From Nannocystis bainbridge (GTDB lineage: Bacteria; Myxococcota_A; Polyangia; Nannocystales; Nannocystaceae), in the NCBI RefSeq assembly GCF_028368995.1, contig NZ_JAQNDL010000003.1:1504001-1568000 (forward strand): DNA of 64,000 nt, written 5' to 3'. Below are positions 37,029 to 46,673 of the stretch, one piece after another. A program made the translations under genes and the position numbers. The stretch's first letter is position 1. Each line of letters starts with the position of its first letter. The notes under the pieces were generated by a model, which was not told where the DNA came from, did not search any database, and was given only the letters and a program-made list of their open reading frames with translations.

Positions 37029-38280
37029 GCGGCGCCTGAGCACCCTCGGCGCGCTCGGGCGCATCGTCATCGGCGGCACCCCGCCGGCCGACGACCCGGC
37101 GCATTTCGGCGGCCCGATCCCCTTCATCACCCCGACCGACCTCGACGGCCGGCGCAACATCGACGGGGCCACGCGCACGCTCACCGAGCTCGGCGCGCGC
37201 ATGATCGGCGCCTCGCGGGTGCCCAAGGGCAGCGTCCTCTTGACCTGCATCGGCGCCGACCTCGGCAAGACCGCCTGCACCGGCGTCGACGCTGCCATCA
37301 ATCAGCAATTGGCCGCCCTCGTCGTCGATCCGCCCAATTGCCCGCGCTACGTCTATTACGACCTGCGCGCTCGCCAGCGCGAGCTGCGGGCCGCCGCCGG
37401 CGGCTCGGCCCAGCCGATCCTCACCAAATCGGGGCTCGTGCGGATCCCCATCGTCTTGCCGCCGCCGCGCCGTCAGCAGGCGATCGTCGAGGCGCTCGGG
37501 GCCCTCGACGACAAGGTCGAGCTCAACCACCGCCTGTGCGTCACTCTGGCCGAGATCGCGGGCGCCCGCTTCCGGGCCCAGTTCGTCGACCTCGAAGCCC
37601 CGCCCGACTGGAAGCACGTCCGCCTCGGCGAGCTGTTCGACCTCGACAAGGGCCTGTCGTACCGCGGCGAACTGCTCGGCGACACCGGCATGCGCTTGCT
37701 CGGCCTCGGGGACTTCGGCGCCCGCCCCGAGCTCGACGCCGAGGACGTCCCGCGGCGCTACGGCGGCCGGCATCAATCACGGCACATGGTCGTCCCCGGC
37801 GACATCCTGATCGCCAACACCGACCTCACCCAGCGCCGCGAGCTGCTCGGCGCCCCGCTGCGGGTCCCTCACCTCGGCGAGAGTCCGGTGCTTTTCTCGC
37901 ACCACGCCTTCGCCGTGCGGTTTTTGCCTGGCCGCGAGGGCTGGCGCGAGTTCGTCTACTTCGCCCTCCAGCAGCCCGAGTTCCGCGCCCGCGCGGCCGG
38001 TTTCGCCTCGGGCACCACCGTGCTCGCGTTGCCGCGCGACGCCGTCCTCGATCACACCATCGCCCTGCCGCCCGAGCGGCTGCGCCAGGCCTTCAGCGAC
38101 GTCACGCGGCCGTTGCTCGCGCGCATCGACCACGCCAAGCAGGAGTCGCGCGCGCTCGTCGAATTGCGCGAGCACCTGCTCCCCGCGCTGGTCTCCGGCG
38201 CCCTCGCCCCGCCGCAATTCGGCGACTCGCGGCCCGTCTCTGAGCTCGCCCTCGACGCGATCGCCGACAGCCGACAATGA
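37021..38280 (+). CDS. hsdS: Type I restriction-modification specificity subunit
   Basis: Two TRDs (GGTP..., AINQQ, GSAQP, IVLPPPRRQQAI; LGELF..., GTTV, IALPP) and conserved LRxxLLPxLxSG; overlaps hsdM by 8 bp. Confidence 0.92.
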   Translation: MSERRLSTLGALGRIVIGGTPPADDPAHFGGPIPFITPTDLDGRRNIDGATRTLTELGARMIGASRVPKGSVLLTCIGADLGKTACTGVDAAINQQLAALVVDPPNCPRYVYYDLRARQRELRAAAGGSAQPILTKSGLVRIPIVLPPPRRQQAIVEALGALDDKVELNHRLCVTLAEIAGARFRAQFVDLEAPPDWKHVRLGELFDLDKGLSYRGELLGDTGMRLLGLGDFGARPELDAEDVPRRYGGRHQSRHMVVPGDILIANTDLTQRRELLGAPLRVPHLGESPVLFSHHAFAVRFLPGREGWREFVYFALQQPEFRARAAGFASGTTVLALPRDAVLDHTIALPPERLRQAFSDVTRPLLARIDHAKQESRALVELREHLLPALVSGALAPPQFGDSRPVSELALDAIADSRQ

Positions 38281-38334
38281 CGGTGGCAGGCGACCTGCCC
38301 GCAGTGTCCATGGCACGACGCGCGCAGGACGTAA

Positions 38335-39459
38335 TCAGTACGTCACCCCGAGGTGCTTCTCGGCGCACCCCGAGCACACGTCGGGCTTGAATCGCCACTC
38401 CGGCGACGTGGTCTCGCGGCAGTAGGAGCACACGGTGAACTTCGCCCGCCGCGCCGCTGCCGCCGCTTCGATGGCGGGGCGCACGGCTTCCAGCCGCGCG
38501 ACCGGATCGGCGGGCAGCTCGTGCCAGCGCCAGCGCGCGCGCAACCCGTGGGCCCGCTCGGGCGTGTGAGGCCCGGGCCAGCGAATCGCGAAGTCCCGCA
38601 CTTCCAGGGCCTCCGCGTCGGCCCGCACCACCACCTCGACCGGCGCACCGGCCTCGAGCAACGAAGCGCCCTCGGCCAGCATCGCCGGTTCGCAAGGTTT
38701 GTCCTCGCCCCGTACCGCCGCCTGGCCGCCCGCAGCAGCGACGCGTTCGATCACCACGCGCGCCTCGTCGCCGTCGAGCGTCTCGAGCAGCACACACGGC
38801 AACGCTTCCAGCATGTCCCTCGCGCTCCGCAGGTTGCATCCGACGATATCGCGGATCAGGCGGATCGCGGCCGGTCGGCCGGGCGGAGGTACGCGCAATT
38901 CGACGACGCGTTCGCGGCACTCCGGATTGCGCTGATGATTCGTACACCAGTAGAAGGGCGACACCCACGCGTTGAGTTCGTCGTCGCCGTCGTGCACCGC
39001 GATCTCCAGCACCGGCCCGGGCAGCGCCCAGCGCAGCGACTGCAGCAGCGTCGCCGCGACGTTGTCGAGCTCCAGGCCCGCGGGCAGCGGCTGCAGGTCG
39101 GCCTCCCGGAGCCCGCCTGCGAGCAGCGTGGGCGGCTCACCCGGGCGCCTCGCCGGCCGCCACGGGTACAATCGCCGGTGGCTGAGGGCCCCCACGCGGG
39201 CCACCCAGGCCGGATCGAGGCCTCGCGCGAGCTCGTCCAGCGCCGCCTGCCGGTCGCGGAACTCCGCTTCGCGGCCCGGGACGACCGGGTGGCCGAGGCG
39301 CGAGCGCGGCGCGCGAATCCGGGTCTCGGCCAGCGCCGCGTCGAGGGCCAGGAATTTCCCGCGAGGATCTCCGTGATCGATCAGCGCGACCGAGCAGGCT
39401 GCTCGCACCCGCCGGTCGAGGGGCGCACCCGCCAGCGCGATCATCAGTGCCTCGTGCAT
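38335..39459 (-). CDS. Hypothetical: TIGR02996-like N-terminus, L7/L12-CTD-like domain, C-terminal CxxC..CxxC
   Basis: HGDPRGKFLALD; AAIRLIRDIVGCNLRSARDMLEALP...AAAGGQAAV; CSYC...CSGC. Confidence 0.7.
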   Translation of the reverse strand: MHEALMIALAGAPLDRRVRAACSVALIDHGDPRGKFLALDAALAETRIRAPRSRLGHPVVPGREAEFRDRQAALDELARGLDPAWVARVGALSHRRLYPWRPARRPGEPPTLLAGGLREADLQPLPAGLELDNVAATLLQSLRWALPGPVLEIAVHDGDDELNAWVSPFYWCTNHQRNPECRERVVELRVPPPGRPAAIRLIRDIVGCNLRSARDMLEALPCVLLETLDGDEARVVIERVAAAGGQAAVRGEDKPCEPAMLAEGASLLEAGAPVEVVVRADAEALEVRDFAIRWPGPHTPERAHGLRARWRWHELPADPVARLEAVRPAIEAAAAARRAKFTVCSYCRETTSPEWRFKPDVCSGCAEKHLGVTY

Positions 39460-39757
39460 CTCGCGACCTTACTCGAGCGGCTCGAACCCGAGAAGTCGCG
39501 GCCGCCGTGAAGTGCCGCCCAGGACCCGCGATTCGTGCGTCGCCTCGCCCGTGCGATCCGCATCACCCGGATGGCGAGAGCGCCGATCTGCCGCCGACGC
39601 CACCCGCGCGCCCCCCGCAGGCGCGCGCTCGCGGCCGCGAGGATTTGGACGAATCGGTCGCCGGTGCCTCGTGGCGGCGAGCGCTCGCCGCCGACCTCGT
39701 CACCTCTCGGGCGCCGCCTGCGACTCGGCGTACCTTCAGCGATGGAGCCTGATTGTC

Positions 39758-41473
39758 ATGTCTCGAGCGACAACGATCGCCGTCATGGCCCTCTGCGCCT
39801 GCGGTCGGCGCGGCGGCGACGGCGTCACCGATCCGGAGGCCGGCGCGACGAGCAGCCATCTCGCCGCCATCGGCGACCCGGGCAGCGGCGAATCGTGGAG
39901 CTTGAAGTCGCTGGCGCGCGGGGCCGTGTTGTTCGACGACCTCGGCGACCACCGCCGGCCCGTCACCACCCAATCACCCCAGGCGCAGGCCTTCTTCGAT
40001 CAGGGCCTCAACCTCCTCTATGGATTCAACCACGACGAGGCCGCGCGCTCGTTCGCCCGCGCCGTCGAGCTCGACCCGGGCTGCGCCATGTGTCTGTGGG
40101 GAGTCGCCTACGCGCTCGGCCCCAATTACAACATCCCGATGCTGCCCGACCGCGCCCACGCCGCCTGGGACGCCGTCACGCGGGCGCAGCAGCACGCGCA
40201 ATACGGGCGGCCGGTGGAGCTCGCGCTGGTGGCCGCGCTGGCGCGCCGGTTCAAGGGCTCCGACTACGCCCCGCCGGCCGAGATGCAGGTCTACAACCGG
40301 ATCTACGCCGACGAGATGCGCGACGTCGCCAGGCGATTCCCCGACGACCTCGACGTCCAGGTGCTGTTCGCGGAAGCGTTGATGAACGTCGAACCGTGGC
40401 GGCTTTGGAGCAACGAGGGCGTCGCGGCGCCGGGCACGCCGGAGATCGTCGAGACCCTCGAATCGGTGCTCGCGCGCGACGAATCGCACCCTGGCGCCAA
40501 TCATTTCTACATCCACGCCCTCGAGGCCTCGGCCCGGCCCGAGCGGGCGATCGGCGCCGCCGACCGCTTGCCCGCCTTGATGCCCGGGGCCGGACACATG
40601 GTTCACATGCCGGCCCACATCTATCAACGGGTCGGCCGCTACGGCGACGCCGCCGAGGCCAACCGGCGCGCGGTCCAGGTCGATCAGCGCTACCTCGCCC
40701 GCGTCGAGCCGATCGGCTATTACACGTTCTACCTGGCCCACAATTACGGCTTCCTCGCCTACGCCGCCGCCATGCTGGGGCGCAGCGCCGAATCGCTCGA
40801 GGCCGCGCGCAAGTCGGCCGAGCACATGCCGCGCGACATCGTGTGCGGCATGCCTGGCATGGACTTCTTCCTGGCCGAGCCGTTCTTCGTGATGGTCCGC
40901 TTCGGCCGCTGGGACGAGGTCTTCGGGGCCTCCAAGCCCGACCCGAAGCACCGCACCCTGGTCGCCCTGTGGCACCACGCGCGGGGCATGGCGCTGGCGG
41001 CGAACGACGAGATCGAGGGCGCCTACGCCGAGGCCATGCAGATCCGCGACATCTTGCGCGAGCTGCCCGACGATCAGCTCGCCGGCCTCAATCAGGGCAG
41101 GCGGGTGCTGCAGCTCGCGGCCGACGTGGTCGAGGCGCGCGCCGCCGAGGCCGAGCGTTCGCCCGAGGCGATCGCCCGGTGGGAGCGGGCCGTCGCGCTG
41201 GCCGACACCCTCGCCTACAACGAGCCCCCCGATTGGTTCTATCCGTTGCGTCACTACCTCGGCGCCGCCCTCCTCGACGCCGGGCGCGCGCGCGAAGCCG
41301 AGGCCGTCTATCGGGCCGACCTGGCGCGCCACCCCAACAACGGGTGGGCCTACTTCGGCCTGTGGAAGTCGCTGGCGGCGCAAAAGAAGAGGGCCGCCGC
41401 CAGGCGGGCCGAGCGCGACTACCACGACGCGTGGGCGTCCGCCGACTTCGAGCTCGAGCGGACCGCCTTCTGA
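39758..41473 (+). CDS. TPR-containing lipoprotein
   Basis: ALCAC; AQAFFDQGLNLLYGFNHDEA, HPGANHFYIHALE, HMPAHIY, YNEPPDW, PNNGWAYFGL. Confidence 0.88.
   Translation: MSRATTIAVMALCACGRRGGDGVTDPEAGATSSHLAAIGDPGSGESWSLKSLARGAVLFDDLGDHRRPVTTQSPQAQAFFDQGLNLLYGFNHDEAARSFARAVELDPGCAMCLWGVAYALGPNYNIPMLPDRAHAAWDAVTRAQQHAQYGRPVELALVAALARRFKGSDYAPPAEMQVYNRIYADEMRDVARRFPDDLDVQVLFAEALMNVEPWRLWSNEGVAAPGTPEIVETLESVLARDESHPGANHFYIHALEASARPERAIGAADRLPALMPGAGHMVHMPAHIYQRVGRYGDAAEANRRAVQVDQRYLARVEPIGYYTFYLAHNYGFLAYAAAMLGRSAESLEAARKSAEHMPRDIVCGMPGMDFFLAEPFFVMVRFGRWDEVFGASKPDPKHRTLVALWHHARGMALAANDEIEGAYAEAMQIRDILRELPDDQLAGLNQGRRVLQLAADVVEARAAEAERSPEAIARWERAVALADTLAYNEPPDWFYPLRHYLGAALLDAGRAREAEAVYRADLARHPNNGWAYFGLWKSLAAQKKRAAARRAERDYHDAWASADFELERTAF
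39759..39772. repeat. TGTC-N6-GACA site overlapping the probable start codon
   Basis: (A)TGTC TCGAGC GACA. Confidence 0.55.
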
Positions 41474-41742
41474 TCGCAGGTCGGCAATCGTCATACCTCG
41501 CCCCGGGCGGAACCGCGCCGGCAATGCGGCGCGGCAATGGACGAATGGCTCGCTGACCACAATCGAGTCATGCGTGGACCTGGGGCCTCCGGGCGATTCG
41601 CTGCAGCGTGCGGACGGCCTCGCCGGGCCGATCGGGCGCCAGCGGACACATGCACGCAGCAACTGTCCGCGTGCCGGCATCGGCATCACTGTCTCGTGCG
41701 ATTGCGATGGATGTTTCTACATGGATCGTGTAACCTCGGAGT

Positions 41743-42555
41743 GTGACCACGTTCGAGCAGATTCAACGCCAGCTCTGGGACTCCCTGATGGATCACGAGC
41801 GTCGGGTGTTCCTGCAGCTCATTCAGGACGAACTACCGACGCTCACCCTGCGCGAGCTCGGCGAGATCCTCACCAGCCCCGCCGCGCGCAGCGTCGGCGC
41901 CCTGCCGGTGACATCTCTGCTCAGCAACCCCACGGCCCAGGAGGTCGCTCCGCCGTCGGTGTCGAAGGTTCCGCGGCGGCCCGCCGCGCGTGTCGTCGAC
42001 AAGTCCGTCGATTCATCGGCGGCACCCCGCCCGCGATTGCGGCCGGTGTCGGCTCCGCAATCGCCGGTGTCGGCTCGCGTCCTCGCTGACGCCGAGGCCG
42101 CCGCCGCCGACGCCGCCCGGGCCATCGAGGCCGAGCTGGGCGCCCGCCCCGAGGCTCCCGCCTCCAATCAGGCGCCCAGGGCCGTGCGCGTCGAGGCCTC
42201 GGCAGCGCCGCGACGTCCGCGTCCGGAGCCCGCCCAGCTCGAGATCGCGCCGATCGCCGATCGCAGCAATGTCGACGTCGTGCGCAGCGCCATGTCTCGC
42301 ACGCTCGCCCAGCACAATCGCTTCGATCCCGACACCCTGGTCATGAACGCCCTGCGCACCACGGTCGAGCCGATCCGGGCCAAGGACCTGCGGCCGCGCG
42401 TCGGATTGCAGCCTGACGACCTGCGGGCCGTGCTCAATCGCCTGGTCAAGACCGGCGCCATCCGCCGCGAGGGCGAGGGCCCCGACACCGTCTATCAGGT
42501 CTTCACCGTCGCCGCTGCCAGCGCCGCCGCCGAGGCCGCCGCGCCGCTGGCCTGA
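41743..42555 (+). CDS. Hypothetical DNA-binding protein (N-terminal helical domain, low-complexity linker, C-terminal winged HTH)
   Basis: RBS GGAG + GTG; C-terminus VMNALRTTVEPIRAKDLRPRVGLQPDDLRAVLNRLVKTGAIRREGEGPDTVY looks like a wHTH. Confidence 0.75.
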   Translation: MTTFEQIQRQLWDSLMDHERRVFLQLIQDELPTLTLRELGEILTSPAARSVGALPVTSLLSNPTAQEVAPPSVSKVPRRPAARVVDKSVDSSAAPRPRLRPVSAPQSPVSARVLADAEAAAADAARAIEAELGARPEAPASNQAPRAVRVEASAAPRRPRPEPAQLEIAPIADRSNVDVVRSAMSRTLAQHNRFDPDTLVMNALRTTVEPIRAKDLRPRVGLQPDDLRAVLNRLVKTGAIRREGEGPDTVYQVFTVAAASAAAEAAAPLA

Positions 42556-42710
42556 GCGTCGCTCCCCGCACCCAGGCGCGGCCCTCGTGCCTCGCGTGAT
42601 TCGCCCTCGGTAGATTCCCAGCACCTGCCTCTCACCTGTCTCTCGGGTCATCTCCGCAGTCGCGGCCCCTGCGCGCTGTCCGGCCCTCGCGCCGCCTGTT
42701 ACGCTGAGAC

Positions 42711-44474
42711 ATGCGCCTGCGCCCCCAGGTCCTCCGCGGCGGTACCGTGTTCGATGGCCTCGGCGGCCCGGCCCGCGCGCTCGACGTATTGGTCGACGAC
42801 GGCGCGATCTCAGCCCTTCTGCCACCGGGCACGGCCGTGGGGGACGACGTGGAGCGAGTCGACGCGCACGGCTGCTGGGTCACGCCTGGCTTCATCGACA
42901 TCCACACCCATTACGACGCCGAGCTCGAGCTATGGCCAGCGCTCGGCGAATCCGTGCGTCACGGCGTCACCACCGTGTTCCTCGGCAGCTGCGGATTGAG
43001 CCTGGCGGTCGGCGAGCCGGATGAATTGGCCGACATGTTCTGCCGGGTCGAGGGCATCCCGCGCGCCTGCGTCGCGCCGATGCTGGCCCGCGTCAAGGAC
43101 TGGGACGGGCCGGCCAACTATTTACAGCACCTGGAGCGGCTCCCGCTCGGTCCGCACGTGGCGGCATTGCTGGGGCATTCGGCGATCCGCGCCGCCGCCA
43201 TGGGCCTCGGCCGCAGCCTCGACGCGCGCGCCGCCGCCCGCCCCGACGAGCTCGCGCGCATGAAGGCGCTGCTGCACGAGGCCCTCGACGCCGGCTTCCT
43301 CGGCCTGTCGATCAACACCCTGCCGTGGGACAAGATGGACGGCCAGCAATTCCGCAGTCGCCCGACCCCTTCGGTGTTCGCCTCGTGGTCGGAGTATCGC
43401 GCCCTCGCCGGGGTCCTGCGCGCCCGCGGCCGCGTGCTCCAGGGCGTGCCCGACGTCTCGACCAAGTTCAACGTCCTGCTGTTCGCCGCTCTCAGCACCG
43501 GCCTCGGCCGCGCCGCGCTCAAGACCACCCTGATCGCCATGATGGACGCCCCGCCGGCCCGCGGCGTCCACCGCGTCGCCGGCGTATTGACGCGACTCGT
43601 CAATCACCTCTGCGGCGGCGACCTGCGGTTTCAGGCCCTGCCCAATCCTTTCGACATGTGGGTCGACGGCATCGAGGTCCCGGTGTTCGAGGAGTTCGCC
43701 GCCGGCACCGAGGCGCTCCACCTCGAGCACCCGGGCGATCGCGCCGCGCTCCTGCGCGATCCCGCCTACCGCCGGCGGTTCCGCCGGCAATGGCGCGATC
43801 GCCTGCGCGGCCGCGCCTACCACCGCGACCTCGGCCGCACCCGGATCCTCGCCTGTCCCGAAGACCAGCTGGTCGGCAAGTCGTTCGCCGAGGTCGCCGA
43901 ATCGCGCGGCCGCGACCCGATCGACACCCTCCTCGACCTGGTCGCCGAGCACGGCACTGCCCTGCGCTGGCAGACGAGCGTCGCCAACGACCGCCCCGAC
44001 CGGCTCGAGTGGATCGTCCGCCACCCGTTCGCCCAGATCGGCTTCTCCGACGCCGGCGCGCACCTGCGCAACATGGCCTATTACAACTTCCCGCTGCGCC
44101 TGCTGCGAATGGTCCGTGCCGCCGCCGCGCGCGGGCGCCCGATCATGAGCGTCGAGCGGGCCGTGCACCGCGTCACCGGCGAGCTCGCGGCATGGTTCGG
44201 CGTCGACGCCGGCCGGCTCGCCCCGGGCGCCCGCGCCGACCTCGTCGTCGTCGACCCCGAGGCCCTGGACGACCGCCTCGACGCCCTCCACGAGCAGCCC
44301 GTCGCCCCGCCCGCCGCCGGCGGCCCGTTCAGCGAGCTGCGGCGCCTGGTCCGCCGCAACGACGCCGCCGTGCGCCGCGTCCTCGTCGCCGGCCGCACGG
44401 CCTGGCAGGACGGCGCGCTCGCGCCCGAGCTCGGCCGCGAGCGCTTCGGCGCCGTGCTCCGCGCCGGCGCATGA
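42711..44474 (+). CDS. N-acyl-D-amino-acid deacylase family amidohydrolase
   Basis: GGTVFDG, PGFIDIHTHYD, GVTTV, FSDAGAH, ADLVVVDP. Confidence 0.92.
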   Translation: MRLRPQVLRGGTVFDGLGGPARALDVLVDDGAISALLPPGTAVGDDVERVDAHGCWVTPGFIDIHTHYDAELELWPALGESVRHGVTTVFLGSCGLSLAVGEPDELADMFCRVEGIPRACVAPMLARVKDWDGPANYLQHLERLPLGPHVAALLGHSAIRAAAMGLGRSLDARAAARPDELARMKALLHEALDAGFLGLSINTLPWDKMDGQQFRSRPTPSVFASWSEYRALAGVLRARGRVLQGVPDVSTKFNVLLFAALSTGLGRAALKTTLIAMMDAPPARGVHRVAGVLTRLVNHLCGGDLRFQALPNPFDMWVDGIEVPVFEEFAAGTEALHLEHPGDRAALLRDPAYRRRFRRQWRDRLRGRAYHRDLGRTRILACPEDQLVGKSFAEVAESRGRDPIDTLLDLVAEHGTALRWQTSVANDRPDRLEWIVRHPFAQIGFSDAGAHLRNMAYYNFPLRLLRMVRAAAARGRPIMSVERAVHRVTGELAAWFGVDAGRLAPGARADLVVVDPEALDDRLDALHEQPVAPPAAGGPFSELRRLVRRNDAAVRRVLVAGRTAWQDGALAPELGRERFGAVLRAGA

Positions 44475-44482
44475 ATCATCGC

Positions 44483-44668
44483 TGTCCCCGAGGACATTTT
44501 TTACAAAGGACATTCCCGAATCGCCGGATTCGGCACCGCGCTGGCGAACCGTCGACACCCGACGATGACGCGCCGATCGGTGAACCCCTCGAGGCGCCGT
44601 CACCGGCGCACACGGACATGTCCCCGCGGACATGTCCGTGAATCACCACTGACATGTCCCTACGGACA
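44483..44668. repeat. Cluster of TGTC-N6-GACA sites between convergent genes
   Basis: 44483 TGTC CCCGAG GACA; 44615 GACA TGTC CCCGCG GACA TGTC; 44651 GACA TGTC CCTACG GACA. Confidence 0.85.
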
Positions 44669-44670
44669 GC

Positions 44671-45651
44671 TCACTTCTTCTCGCACTCGCCCGGGGCGGC
44701 GAGCCCGACCCCCGCGCTCAGGCGGGCGCAATCGTTGCCGTAGGTCTTGCCGTCGCAGCCGCACACCGGGGTGTAATCGAACGTGCACGCCTCGGGCTTG
44801 GCCCGGCAGGTCCCGCCGATGTCCGCGCCGCCGCACTGGCTCGGGTCGCAGAACTGGCCCTCGCCGCACGAGAGCCCGCGGCTCCCCCCGCACTCCGGGT
44901 TATCCGCCGCCGGCGCCGCCGCGCCCGCGCGCGTGTAGATCTCGCTGGTCACCAGCGCCGGCTTGGTCCCGTTCGGGCCCGTCACCTCCGACGGCGAGGC
45001 CGCGACGAGGATCCCCTCGACCGTCTCGTACATCACCTGGCGGACGGCGTCCTGAATCGCCTGCGACGCCCCGCTGGCCGCAAAATCGACGCCCGAGACC
45101 AGCGAGTCCCAGCCGGTGTTGAGGCGGAACGCGTGCGCCATCGGGCACGGCATCGCCGAGCACTTGGCATGGATCCCGCGCAGCCGATAAAACAGCCCCG
45201 TCGGCTCCGAGCCCACGCGCCCGACCCAGCCTTCGCTGACCTGCAGCACCCCGACGTCGGCGAAGTTCGGATCGGCCTCGCGCCCGATCGTCCCGCGGAC
45301 CAGCGCGTGCTTGTCGGCGAACGCCCCGAGGAACGTGTTCTGGTTGTCCGCGTCGAGCTTCAGCGCCGCCAGGTCGACGGTGCCGACGTAGCACTCCTTG
45401 GCGACCTTGCCGTCGGCGCAGGTCGTCTCGTCCTGATTGACGCGCTGGACGAAGAACCCGCCGCAGGCCGGCGCCGCGCACTTGCGGACATCGCGGCGCG
45501 TCACCACGTAGAACGTCTCCTGCTCGGCCGCGGCGGGCCCACTCCCATCGTGGTCCTCGTCAGGAGCCTTCGTCGCGGCGGGGCTACCGCACGCGGAAGA
45601 GAGCGACAAAACAGAGGCAAAGGCCAACAAGACAGACGATGAATTGTGCAT
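44671..45651 (-). CDS. Lipoprotein with DUF6748-like domain and C-terminal Kazal-type inhibitor domain
   Basis: SSAC lipobox; RRDVRKCAAPACGGFFVQRVN...C.DG...ECYV; Kazal ACTFDYTPVCGCDGKTYGNDC. Confidence 0.85.
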   Translation of the reverse strand: MHNSSSVLLAFASVLSLSSACGSPAATKAPDEDHDGSGPAAAEQETFYVVTRRDVRKCAAPACGGFFVQRVNQDETTCADGKVAKECYVGTVDLAALKLDADNQNTFLGAFADKHALVRGTIGREADPNFADVGVLQVSEGWVGRVGSEPTGLFYRLRGIHAKCSAMPCPMAHAFRLNTGWDSLVSGVDFAASGASQAIQDAVRQVMYETVEGILVAASPSEVTGPNGTKPALVTSEIYTRAGAAAPAADNPECGGSRGLSCGEGQFCDPSQCGGADIGGTCRAKPEACTFDYTPVCGCDGKTYGNDCARLSAGVGLAAPGECEKK

Positions 45652-45926
45652 GGCGATGAATGACCCCGCTGAGAGGCGCGGGAGTTCTATGCCATGAGAC
45701 GCACGGTGCAACGGCCCCGGCCTCGCGCTCGCTCGTGACATAACGATGCATCGCCCCCGCGATCCGCCGCCCGACGTACGCCGCTGGCCGCACCGCCGCG
45801 TACATCGGCGCCCTCGCCCGCGCCGCGATGAAAGGATGTCCTCGCAACAATGTCACGCGGATGTGACCGACCCCGCGCCGGTGATGCCGGCAAAAGCCGG
45901 CACCATGCCCGTTTACCGGAAGAACC

Positions 45927-46111
45927 TGTCCTTCGGGACATCTCCGTTCGACGCCCTTACACCTGCCCGGCCAAGTTCGCCGTCGACATGACGTCGCAAT
46001 CCTCACGGGACGAGGCCGCTCCGGCGACGGGCGAATGAACCCCGGCCTGGGCAAGCGACATGTCCCAAAAGACATGCACGCGCCGCGCGCCGATCGAGTG
46101 TCTATTTGACA
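45927..46111. repeat. TGTC-N6-GACA sites in a long divergent intergenic region
   Basis: 45927 TGTC CTTCGG GACA; 46057 GACA TGTC CCAAAA GACA TGCA; N5 variant TGTC TATTT GACA at 46099. Confidence 0.75.
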
Positions 46112-46607
46112 TCCACCTCGCTGCGAGCTCCGAGGAGCGGGAGCCCCCCCGGCTCTTCACATTAATATTCCCCCATGTTCGACCGCTCGCCCGCGGCGGC
46201 CAGCGAGACACCGTACCCGCGAGGTCCATGTCCCGGCTGGCTTGGGCTCATACACGACGCGCTCGGCCCGGGTGCGCCCGAGCCGACTTTTCGCTGACGA
46301 TCCGCGCGCCCGGTCGCGCGAGCGTGCGCGGATCGGGGCCTTCCCGCCGCTGCTGTTCATCGCCACGATCGAGCGCGAGCGCCGACAGATCGGTCACGCC
46401 GACGGGGCACTCCCATGGCCGCGATCCATCACCACATACAGTGGTGTCATGGTCGACTCGCCCGGCCGAGCCGCCGCACGCAAGGCGCTCACGCTCGCCG
46501 CGTCGGCTCCGGTGCTCGAAGGACTCGGGGCTCGTCCGCGAGCCCGCCCTCGGAACACCCGCTCTCTCCTACCGAGCCGCGCGAAACCGTCCTGGCGCTC
46601 CCCCCGC

Positions 46608-46649
46608 TTGACAACTCGGATGACGGCCATCATATTACGGGCGTCATCC
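46608..46649 (+). promoter_or_regulatory. Sigma70-type promoter with overlapping TetR-type operators
   Basis: TTGACA (46608) -17 bp- CATATT (46631); palindromes ATGACGGCCATCAT and ATTACGGGCGTCAT; RBS GGAGG before GTG 46674. Confidence 0.7.
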
Positions 46650-46673
46650 CAACCCGCCCGCGTGGAGGCTGTC

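Noticed and set aside
35619-38280. TGTC-N6-GACA as the target of the local type I methyltransferase
   Set aside because: The bipartite N6 shape is suggestive, but type I m6A sites need an A in the 5' half (TGTC has none). The two TRDs also differ, implying an asymmetric site, and RM targets do not form phased arrays. Only a methylome would exclude it fully.
44615-44636. GGACATGTCC matches the p53 half-site; the motif also loosely resembles matS, CRP and MrpC boxes
   Set aside because: p53 is irrelevant in a bacterium. matS (GTGACRNYGTCAC), CRP (TGTGA-N6-TCACA) and MrpC-type sites differ in half-site or spacing.
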